From Candidatus Eiseniibacteriota bacterium (GTDB taxonomy: Bacteria; Eisenbacteria; RBG-16-71-46): 64,000 bases of DNA. Numbering within the stretch: position 1 is the stretch's first letter; every line of letters starts with the position of its first letter. Where the stretch lies: assembly GCA_963717935.1 (NCBI GenBank), contig CAVQXP010000004.1, positions 256,001-320,000 on the forward strand, read 5' to 3'. The notes beneath the pieces are model-generated. The model was not told where the DNA came from and ran no database searches. It saw nothing but the letters and a program-made list of their open reading frames with translations. Below, piece by piece: positions 37,696-46,829 of the stretch. The position numbers and the translations under genes are program-made.

Positions 37696-38694
37696 ATGAA
37701 ATCGCCACTGTTCGCGGCCCTCGCCCTCGCCGCCCTCACTCTCGCCCTGGCGGACGCGCCGAACGCCCGGGCGGAGCAACGCAAGGAGGCCCCCGTGCCC
37801 GCGTCCACGACGTCATCCCTGCCCGCGGTCGGCCGGGCCGCGCCGGACTTCACGCTCCCCTCGACCACGGGGAAGGACATCGCGCTCTCGCAGTTCCGGG
37901 GCAGGACGGTCGTGCTCTACTTCTATCCGAAGGACGAGACGCCCGGCTGCACGAAGGAGGCCTGCGATTTCCGCGATCGTTCCGCCGAGCTCGAGCAGGC
38001 GGGTGTCGTGGTGCTGGGCGTGTCGAACGACGGCCTCGGGTCGCACCAGCGCTTCAAGGAGAAGCGGAAGCTCCCCTTCCCGTTGCTCGCGGACGTGGAC
38101 GCGAAGGTGTCGAAGCTCTACGGCGTCTACGGGAGGCAGAGCGTCTACGGCATCCCGTACACGGGCATCCAGCGCACGACCTTCGTGATCGGCCGGGACG
38201 GGCGCATCGCGCGCGTCTGGCCGAAGGTGAGCGTGAACGGTCACGTCGAGGAGGTGCTGGAGTTCGTCAGCGCCGGCGAGCCCTTGCACGACGACCCGGC
38301 GAAGGTGGTGAAGAGCGAGGCCGAGTGGCGCAGCATCCTGACGCCCGAGCAGTACCGCGTGCTGCGAGGCGCCGACACGGAGCTCGCCTGCTCGGGGAAG
38401 TACTGGAACGAGCACCGGAGCGGCATCTACCGGTGCGCCGCGTGCGGTTACGACCTCTTCGATTCGAAGACCAAGTTCGACTCGGGCACCGGCTGGCCCA
38501 GCTTCTGGTCCCCGGTGTCCGCCTCGCGCCTCGAGATCGTGAAGGACACGAGCCTGGGCGTGGAACGCGAGGAGGTGCGTTGCGCCCGCTGCGGCTCGCA
38601 CCTCGGCCACGTCTTCGACGACGGCCCCAGGCCCACCGGGCAGCGCTACTGCATGAACTCCGTGGCGCTGAGCTTCGTGCCGGCAAAGAAGTAG
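37696..38694 (+). CDS. msrB: Signal peptide plus Bcp/PrxQ peroxiredoxin plus methionine-R-sulfoxide reductase MsrB fusion
   Basis: YFYPKDETPGCTKEAC; LTPEQYRVLR, CAAC/CARC Zn sites, GWPSF, HLGHVFDDGP, RYCMNS, all in one frame. Confidence 0.9.
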   Translation: MKSPLFAALALAALTLALADAPNARAEQRKEAPVPASTTSSLPAVGRAAPDFTLPSTTGKDIALSQFRGRTVVLYFYPKDETPGCTKEACDFRDRSAELEQAGVVVLGVSNDGLGSHQRFKEKRKLPFPLLADVDAKVSKLYGVYGRQSVYGIPYTGIQRTTFVIGRDGRIARVWPKVSVNGHVEEVLEFVSAGEPLHDDPAKVVKSEAEWRSILTPEQYRVLRGADTELACSGKYWNEHRSGIYRCAACGYDLFDSKTKFDSGTGWPSFWSPVSASRLEIVKDTSLGVEREEVRCARCGSHLGHVFDDGPRPTGQRYCMNSVALSFVPAKK

Positions 38695-38806
38695 CGTCCC
38701 TCCGAGCGCCCAGGGCGTGCCCCGGGGGGCCCCGTGTCTGCGCCCCGCCACCTCCGCACAAGCACGCGTCGAGCATCGGCGCCCGGCCCTGTGCTAGCGT
38801 GGACTC

Positions 38807-40445
38807 ATGGATCCGAGCCCCGGCAGCCCGCCACCCCGCCGCTCGCTGCTGCCGCTCATCGTCGCGCTCGCGGCGTTCATGCTGAGCCTGCTGCTCGCCA
38901 CGGCCTTCCCCCTGGTCGACCCCGACGAGGGCCGCAACGCCGAGGTCGCGCGCGAGATGGCCGTGGATGGCGGATGGCTCGTGCCGCACCTCGCGGGCAT
39001 GCCCTACCTCGACAAGCCCCCCGGACTCTTCTGGGCCGCCGCCGTCGCGATCCGGGTGGTCGGCAACGAGCCCTGGGCCGTGCGCCTGCCGGCCGCGCTC
39101 GCCGCCGCGCTGACGCTCGCGCTCCTCACGCGATCCGCCCAGCGCCGCGGCGGCCGTCCCTTCGCCCTGCGCGCGGCCGCGCTCCTCTACGCCGCGCCGC
39201 TCTTCGCCGTGCTCTCGGCCTACGTCATCTTCGACATGCCGCTCACCCTCTGCGTGACGGCCGTCTGGCTCGGCCTCGCCGCCGAGGTCGACGGAGGGCC
39301 CGAGCGGAAGGCGCCGGCTCTGGATGTTCGCGGCCGTGACCGCGGGCGTGCTCCTCAAGGGACCGGTGATGCTCGCCTGGGTCCTGGGCGGCAGCCTCGG
39401 CGCCGCGCTCCTCTCCCGCTCGCGCGCGCCGCTCCGCTGGCTCGCGTGGTGGCCCGGCTGGCTCGTCGTCCTCGGCGTCGCGGGCGGCTGGTTCGCGCTC
39501 GCCAGCGCGCGTTTCCCCGAGTACCCGCGCTATGCCTTCCTCGAGGAGTCCCTCGAGCGCCTGACGAGCGGCTCGTTCCAGCGCGAGCAGCCATGGTGGT
39601 TCGTGCCCGTGGTGCTCGCGGCCGGCGCGCTGCCCTGGTCGCTCGCCACGCCCTGGTGGCGCCGGCGCACGCCGGGGGAAGAGAGCCTCCTCTCGGTCGA
39701 GAGCCGCGTCGGGCTCGGCTTCGTGCTCTTCGCCGCCGTGTTCTTCTCGCTCTCGCACTCGAAGCTCGTCACCTATCTGCTCCCCGCGCTGCCGATGCTG
39801 GCCTGGACCGCGGCCGAGGCCTGGTCCGACGCCGAGCGCGCGCGCCGCGCGGCCTGGGGACTGACCGCCGTCTTCCTGGCACTCGTCCTCGTGTTCGGCC
39901 TCGCCGGCTTCGGCCCGTGGCTGGCGCGCGCCGGGGCGCCCTTCGACTCGGCCGGCACCGCCGCGAAGATCATCGCCGCCTGCTTCGCCTACGTCGCGCT
40001 GCGCTCGGCGGCCGCGGCCCTCGGGCGGCCCGACCGCGCCTTCATCGGCATCCTCCTCTTCACCCCCGTGGTGCTCTTCGCCGCGGGCGAGCCGCTGCTG
40101 CGCTACGCCACCTCGCAGTCGGGCGAGCCGCTGGCGCGCGCCATCATCGCCACCGCGCCCGGCGGCTTCGTGCGCTACGAGGCCTGCTACAGTCCCGGCA
40201 CCGATTTCCGGCTGGGGCGGCGCTCGGCGCTGGTGAGTACCCTCGGCCACGAGACGACCAGCACCTACCAGGCCCGCTACCGCGCCACGCTCGTCGCCCG
40301 CGGCCAGTGGACGCCGCTCGCCGCGGCGCCGGACTCCGACCGCGTGGACGTCATCGTGCGCCCCGCGCGTGACGGCCCGGCACCCGCGGCCGAATACATG
40401 GAGTTCTTCCGCGACGGCCGCTTCGTCGCCTACGTCCGCCGGTAG
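38807..40445 (+). CDS. ArnT/PMT-like GT-C glycosyltransferase, frameshift ~39320
   Basis: DPDEGRNAEVAREM, YLDKPP, WAVRLP, FDMPL; second frame LLKGP, SKLVTYLLPALP. Confidence 0.85.
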
Positions 40446-40542
40446 CGCGCCGCAGCGAAGGGCCGGCCCCGGCAGGGCGGCGGAGCCGACCTTGAGGATC
40501 GTTCGTGGATGTCCCGCTCGTAGATGTCCCTTGCCTGACGGG

Positions 40543-40573
40543 CTTCGCCCGCAGGTGATGCGGAGCGTCAGCC
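40543..40573 (+). other. Right arm of a degenerate attC-like site
   Basis: cttcgcccgcaggtgatgcggagc-GTCAGCC (cf. GTTRRRY), followed within 20 nt by GGAGG RBS and the tspO start. Confidence 0.45.
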
Positions 40574-40591
40574 AGCAATGTGGAGGTGTGA

Positions 40592-41059
40592 GTGAGGAAG
40601 AGCTGGGCAGTGGGGCTGATAATCTGGATAGTTGTATCCATGGCCGCCGGCTGGGTCGGTTCCCGGTTCATGCCAGGGGAGTGGTACGCGTCCCTGGCAA
40701 AGCCCACCTGGAATCCACCGAACTCTGTGTTTGGCCCTGTCTGGTCGACACTTTACGTACTCATGGGCGTCGCGGCCTGGCTGGTCTGGAGCAAGGCGGG
40801 TTTCGCTGGTGCACCTGTGGCTCTCGGGTTGTTCCTCGTCCAGTTGGTTCTCAACTCGCTGTGGTCGTTTCTCTTTTTCGGAGCCCATCAGCCAGGGCTC
40901 GCATTCATCGAGGTAGTCGTGCTCTGGTTGGTGATCTTGGCAACGACGGTCGGTTTCTGGCGCGTTTCCGTTCCGGCAGGAATACTGCTGTTGCCATATC
41001 TGTGCTGGGTCGGATTCGCCAGTGTGCTCAATTTTCAGATTTGGCGGCTCAACTCGTGA
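40592..41059 (+). CDS. tspO: TspO/MBR tryptophan-rich sensory protein
   Basis: WYASLAKPTWNPP..VFGPVWS.LY.LMG, QLVLNSLWS.LFFG, LLPYLCWV.FA..LN. Confidence 0.93.
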   Translation: MRKSWAVGLIIWIVVSMAAGWVGSRFMPGEWYASLAKPTWNPPNSVFGPVWSTLYVLMGVAAWLVWSKAGFAGAPVALGLFLVQLVLNSLWSFLFFGAHQPGLAFIEVVVLWLVILATTVGFWRVSVPAGILLLPYLCWVGFASVLNFQIWRLNS

Positions 41060-41076
41060 GTGATGCGAGGCCATCT

Positions 41077-41166
41077 GGCTGACAAGCCATTCAAGCTGCC
41101 AGGCGGCGCTGGCTGGCGCCACCGCCGCGTCAGAACCGCCTGCAGGTCAACGCCAAAGCGGTAGGC
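41077..41166 (+). other. Degenerate integron attC site
   Basis: GGCTGAC...GGTAGGC outer boxes (cf. RYYYAAC/GTTRRRY); inner ttcaagctgccaggcgg pairs with ccgcctgcaggtcaa with one extra base; 17 nt after the tspO stop. Confidence 0.6.
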
Positions 41167-41242
41167 GGACTCCGCGGAAGCGGAGACGACTTGGCCGAGC
41201 CTCGCGTCTTGGCGGTCCGCGGCCGGGACACGAGGCAGGGTG

Positions 41243-41671
41243 ATGGAAAGCGTCGGCGGAAGAGTGGTCCCCAGAGCATGTCGACGAGGCGTTGCTGCGG
41301 CCGTCGTCCTCGGAGTTGTTGCCATTCACGCCTTCAGGGTTGGCGCCCAGTTGAGGGGGACACCGTATCGGCTGTACTACGGCTACGCCTCGGACCTCCT
41401 TCTGCCGCTGGGGATGTACTTCGTCCTTTGCTTGAGCGAGCGAACCCCCGGCTTTCTGGCCGACTGGAAGGCCAAGGCGGCCGGCGTCCTCGCTGCGGCG
41501 TCTGCTGCCGAGGTGCTGCAGGGTCTCGGGGTGCCGATGCTCGGGCGCACCTTCGATCCGCTGGACTTCGTGATGTACGCCGTCGGGGTGACCGCAGCTG
41601 CGCTGTTGGACCGAGTCGTATTGCCCGCGCTGTGTGAGATCAGATCCGCAGGTTCTGGAGCGACGCGATAG
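41243..41671 (+). CDS. Small membrane protein (DUF2809-like)
   Basis: TM segments; AEVLQ, LGRTFDPLDFVMYAVG motif. Confidence 0.65.
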   Translation: MESVGGRVVPRACRRGVAAAVVLGVVAIHAFRVGAQLRGTPYRLYYGYASDLLLPLGMYFVLCLSERTPGFLADWKAKAAGVLAAASAAEVLQGLGVPMLGRTFDPLDFVMYAVGVTAAALLDRVVLPALCEIRSAGSGATR

Positions 41672-41911
41672 CGGACCAGATCCGGGCGGGAGCGGAAGGT
41701 CTGGAGCTGGCGTTCAGGTGCGTCTGGATCACACTCAACGTGAACTCGGACTGTACGGCTGTCGGTTTCACTGCGCCGGCAGCGCAGATGGCTGGTCGAG
41801 CCGGGTCCGCAGAAGCCACTGTGCGTCGACCTTGCTCTGGACCCCACCCAGCAGCCCCCGACCTTGAGGATCGAAGGGCAGGCTTTCGAATCTCATGGTA
41901 GCCTCACTGCC

Positions 41912-42066
41912 ATGATCGCCCGTCCGGAACTCCTCGCGTCGTTGCGCGCCGCGCTGCGCCGCAGTCCCGTGGTCGTGCTCGTCGGCCCCCGTCAACGGGG
42001 CAGGACGACTGCCGCCCACTGGCTCGTGAGACCTGGTTCGGCGGCCTGCTTCGACCTCGAGGCCCC
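41912..42066 (+). pseudogene. N-terminal relic of an AAA_14/DUF4143 ATPase
   Basis: MIARPELLASLRAALRRSPVVVLVGPRQRGRTT...FDLEAP; Walker A Lys lost; similarity stops before asnB. Confidence 0.7.
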
Positions 42067-42113
42067 GCCCCGCCGGCGGACGCGCTACGCCCGCAACAGG
42101 AGAGACCGAGAAC

Positions 42114-44059
42114 ATGTGCGGCATCGCCGGGCTGTGGGCGCCCGACCTCGCCCCCGCGGAGCGCCTCGCCCTGGTCGAGGGCATGCTCGGCGTCATGCGC
42201 CAGCGCGGCCCCGACGGCACCGCCGTCTGGCAGGGCGACGGCCTGACGCTCGGCATCACGCGGCTCGCCATCGTCGCGCCCGACGAGCCGACCCGCGTCT
42301 ACTGCAGCGAAGGCGCGGACCTGCACACCGTCGTGAACGGCGAGATCTACAACCACCTCGAGTTGCGCACGCTGCTCGCCGCGCGCGGCCACCGTCTCGA
42401 GCCGGGCCCCGACACGGTGGTCGTGCCTCACCTCTACGAGGAGCACGGCCTCGACTTCCCCGCGCACCTGGACGGCATGTTCGCCGTGGCCCTGTGGGAC
42501 GCGAAGACGCGGCGCCTGATCCTGGCGCGCGACCGCGCGGGCGAGAAGCCGCTCTTCTACACCCACACCGCCGCAGGCGGGCTCGCCGGGCGCTTCGCCT
42601 TCGCCTCCGAGCCCGGAGCGCTGGCGGGTCTGCCCTGGGTCTCGCACGCGCCGGCGCCGGGGGCGCTGGCGCGGTACCTCGCGCACGGTTTCTTCGCCGG
42701 CGACGACTGCGCGTTCGCCGCGCTGCGGCAGTTGCCGCCCGCGCACGTGCTCGAGGTCGCGCCCGACGGCATGCGGCTGCAACGCTACTGGCGCCCGTGG
42801 GACGGCGTGCACCCCGCGCCGCGCATGGGCGACGATGTGCTCGCCGACGCCACGCGCGAGACGCTCGCCGAGGCGGTCGAGTCGCGCATGCCCGGCGACG
42901 TGCCCTTCGGCGTGTTCCTGTCGGGCGGCGTGGACTCGGGGCTCGTGGCCACGCTCGCGGCGCGGCGCGGGCATCGCTTCCCGGTCTTCAGCATGAAGCT
43001 CGCGGGCCAGGGCTACGACGAGACCGGCTTCGCGCGGCAGGTGGCCGGACAGATCGGCGCCGAGTACTACGAGGCCGCGATGGACCATGCGGACGGCGAG
43101 GAGGCCATCGAGCTGCTTCGCCGCGAAGATGGACCAGCCGCTCGGCGACCCGAGCGTGCTGCCGACCTGGGCGCTCGCCCGGCTCGCCTCGAAGCACGTG
43201 CCGGTGGTGCTCACCGGCGAGGGCGGCGACGAGTTGTTCGCGGGCTACCCGACCTATCTCGGCCATCGCCTGGCCGCCTTCTCCCGCCGCGTGCCGGACG
43301 CGGTCGCGAACGCGGCGCTCGCGCTGGCGCACCGGCTGCGCCCGAAGCACACGCACGTCAGCATCGCGCACCTGGTCGAACGCTTCCTCGAGGCCCGTGC
43401 CATGGACCCGCTCGAGCGGCACCTCGCCTGGTTCGGCACCGCGACCCCGGAAGCGGCGCGCGCACTGCTCGTCGCCCGCGCTGCGCGGCGCGCTCGGCGC
43501 CGGCGAGGAGCGCGGCTACCTGCGCGACTTCGCCGCGCGCGCGACCGAGGCCCGGCTGCCGGGCTGGCCGGAGCAGCCGGGGCTCATGGTCTGGCAGTTG
43601 CTGGACTTCGACCTCTACCTGGGCGGCGGGCTGCTGACCAAGGTGGACCGCTGCACCATGGCGCACAGCGTCGAATCGCGCGCGCCGTTCCTGCGGCACT
43701 CGCTCATCCGCTTCGCGCTGGGATTGCCCGAGGACGCGAAGCTGCGCGGCAAGACCGGCAAGCGCGCGCTCAGGCTGGCGGCGCGCGGACTGCTGCCCCG
43801 GGCGATCCTCGCGCGACGCAAGCAGGGATTCTCGCCGCCGTTCTCGGTCTGGGCGCGCGGGCCGCTGCGCGGGCTGGTCGAGGCGTGGCTCGCGCCGGAG
43901 CGGATCCGCCGGGCGGGCGTGCTGGACGTCGAGGCGGCGCGCCGGGTGCTCGAGGACCATGTCGCGGGGCGCACCGAGCGCGGGCGCACGCTCTGGACGC
44001 TGCTCAGCCTGCAGATGTGGGCGGAGCGCTGGGTGTCGGGGGACCCGCCGGGCGCCTGA
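42114..44059 (+). CDS. asnB: Asparagine synthase (glutamine-hydrolysing)-like amidotransferase, frameshifts ~43120 and ~43470
   Basis: MCGIAG, RGPD, NGEIYN, RDRAGEKPLFY, LSGGVDS, LTGEGGDELFAGY, KVDR..MAHSVESRAPFL, RKQGF. Confidence 0.88.
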
Positions 44060-44213
44060 CCTCGCGGTTCGGCGCGCGGCCGAGCGCGGGCGAGTCGCCG
44101 GCCCGGTGCGTTCCCGCCGCCATCCCCGGACGCAAGGTCGCGCTGGCCTCTCCCCGCGCCCCGCGCTATCGTGCGCCCTCACCGCCGTCCACCACCGAAC
44201 GCCCGGGGATCCC

Positions 44214-45339
44214 ATGAGCCGAGCCGAAGAAGCAGCGCCATCTCACGGGCCCGCGCATCGAGCCGCCCGCCATCACGGGCCGCGAGAGCGTGGCCGAGCT
44301 CATCGACCAGGCCTTCCTCGCCTACAACGCGGCCCGCCTGCGCGAGGGCGCCCGGTTGCTGACCGAGCGCATGCTCGACCCCGACGTCACCGTCGGGCTC
44401 TCGGTCACCGGCGCGCTCACGCCCGCGGGGCTCGGCATGAGCGCGCTGATCCCGCTGCTGCGGGCCGGGTTCGTGGACTGGATCGTCTCGACCGGCGCGA
44501 ACCTGTACCACGACACCCACTTCGGCCTCGGCCTGCCGCTGCACCGCGGCACCTTCCAGGTGGACGACGTCGAGCTGCGCGACGAGGGCGTGGTGCGCAT
44601 CTACGACATCTTCTTCGACTACCACGTGCTGCTCGACACCGACGCGTTCTTCCGCGAGGTCATCGGCGGGCCGGAGTTCCAGCGCACCATGAGCACGGCC
44701 GAGTTCCACTTCCTGTGCGGGAAGTACATCCGGGCCCGCGAGCAGGCCCTGGGCCTCGAGAGCCGCTCGCTGCTGGCCGTGGCCTGGGAGTGCGGCGTGC
44801 CGGTGTACACCTCCTCGCCGGGCGACTCCTCGATCGGCATGAACGTGGCGGCGAAGGCGCTCGAGGGCAACGGCCTAGTGCTCGACGTCAGCGCCGACGT
44901 CAACGAGACCGCGGCCATCGTCTGGACCGCGAAGAAGACGGGCGGCAGGAGCGCGGTCTGGATCCTGGGCGGCGGGAGCCCGAAGAACTTCATGCTCCAG
45001 ACCGAGCCGCAGCTCCAGGAGGTGCTGGGCATCAGCGAGAAGGGCCACGACTACTTCCTGGCCGTGACCGACGCGCGGCCCGACACCGGCGGGCTCTCGG
45101 GCGCCACGCCCTCGGAGGCGGTCTCGTGGGGCAAGATCGACCCCGACCAGCTCCCCGGCACGGTGATCTGCTACACGGACTCCACCATCGGGCTGCCGCT
45201 GCTCACGGCGTACGCGCTCGCGAAGCACGCGCCGCGCCCGCTCAAGCGGCTCTACGACCGCCGCGCGGAGATGATGGAGGCGTTCCGCCGCGCCTACTTC
45301 ACCGAGGGGCGCGGGGCGAAGACCGGGACGAAGGAGTAG
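44214..45339 (+). CDS. Deoxyhypusine synthase-like protein (SpeY-type homospermidine synthesis), apparent indel just after the ATG
   Basis: [52 protein letters not shown]; frame is open upstream of 44290 ([16 protein letters not shown]). Confidence 0.88.
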
Positions 45340-45370
45340 AGGTCCGCCGCCGGGCCCGAGGAGTGAACCC

Positions 45371-46829
45371 ATGAGAGCGATCGTCTTCGAGCGGCATGGC
45401 GGCCCCGAGGTGCCCGAGCCGCGCGACGCGCCCGGCCATGCCTCCCGCACCGGCCTCGGCTGGTTCGACGCCGAGGACGCCCCGGCGCGCGTGGACCTGC
45501 GCTCATGCATCCACTGCGGGCTGTGCCTGGCCGCCTGCCCGACCCACCGCACGCTCAAGCTCGAGCCCGACTCGCCGCGCGGGCGCCTCTACCTCATGCG
45601 CGGCCTCTCCGAGTCGCGCATCGCGCCCAGCCACCCGCTGCTCGAGCACCTCGACCATTGCCTGGGCTGCCGCGCCTGCGAGACCGCCTGCCCCGCGGGC
45701 GTGCCCTACGGCCGGCTGCTCGAGGTGGCGCGCGGGCAACTCGAGCGCCGCGTGCGCGAGCGCTCGTTCGCGCGCCGGCTCGGCGAGTGGGCCCTGGTGC
45801 GGCTGGTGCCCGACCGCGCGGCCATGCACCGCGCCGCCGACCTGATGCGCCTGATGCAGAACCCGGTGTTCGAGGCGCTCCTGCGCTCGCGGGCCGCGCG
45901 CGCCCTGCTGCCGGACTTCGCCGTGCGCGGCTGGCAGATGGTCCCGCCGCTCCTGCCCCGCCGCGAGCGCGCTCTCGAGCGGGTGGCGCCGGCGCTCCCG
46001 GCCGGCGCGCGGATGGAGGTGCGCGCCGATGCGCTCGTCTTCCATCCCGCGGGCGTGGCGAGGGCGCGCACCGCCTTCTTCACCTCCTGCGTGATGGAGG
46101 TGATGTTCCCGCGCATCGACCACGAGGCGGTGCGCCTGCTCGTGCTCGCGGGTTGCGAGGTGACCGTGCCGCGGGGGCAGTGCTGCTGCGGCGCGCTCCA
46201 GGCCCACGCCGGGATGCGGCGGCTCGCGAAGGACCTGGCGCGCGCGAACGTGCGCGCCTTCGATCCGGGCGGCTACGACTTCGTGGTCAACGACTCCGCC
46301 GGCTGCGGGGCCGCGCTGCGCGATTCGGGACGAGCTGCTGCACGACGATCCGCTCGCCGCGCCCGCCGCGCGCTTCGCCGCGCGCGTCCGCGACATCGCG
46401 GAGGTGCTGGAGCAGGTCGGCCTGCCCGAGCCGGCCGTGGCGCTGCATTCGGCCCGCGAACCGGCCCGGCCCCTGCGCGTCGGCTACCACGACCCCTGCC
46501 ACCTCGCACACGCCCAGAAGGTGCGCAGCGAGCCACGCGCGCTGCTGCGGCGCCTGCCGGGCATCGAGCTCGTGGACCTGCCGAACTCCGACTGGTGCTG
46601 CGGCAGCGCCGGCGTCTACAACCTCGCGCATCCGGCGATGGCCGACGCCCAGCTCGCGCAGAAGGTGGACTCCATCGCGGCCGTCGCGCCCGAGGTGGTC
46701 GTGGCCTCGAACCCCGGCTGCGCGATGCACATGGCGCGCGGCGCCGCCGAGCGCGGGCTCGAGGTGCGGGTCGAACATCTGGTCGAGCTGCTCGCGCGGG
46801 CGTACCCGCCGCCCGCCGCCCGCGGATGA
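45371..46829 (+). CDS. glcF: Glycolate oxidase Fe-S subunit GlcF-like, frameshift ~46330
   Basis: CIHCGLCLAACP, SPRGR, CLGCRACETACP, CCGAL, YHDPCHL, CCGSAGVYN, SNPGC. Confidence 0.87.

Larger units (their letters stand above)
40486..41873. mobile_element. ~1.4-kb insert flanked by 16-bp direct repeats (ccgaccttgaggatcg), carrying relic integron-type cassettes
   Basis: Exact repeat at 40486-40501 and 41858-41873; interior visibly lower GC; two attC-like relics. Confidence 0.7.

Noticed and set aside
41864..44059. AAA-AsnB 731-aa fusion
   Set aside because: The middle is off-frame; AsnB needs its N-terminal Met-Cys at 42114, which has its own RBS
42114..44059. Lasso-peptide cyclase or RiPP cluster
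   Set aside because: Intact glutaminase domain; no precursor, B protein or RRE nearby
15154..46829. Programmed frameshifting or pseudogenisation
   Set aside because: No consistent slippery motifs, unrelated gene families and intact catalytic residues; sequencing error is simpler
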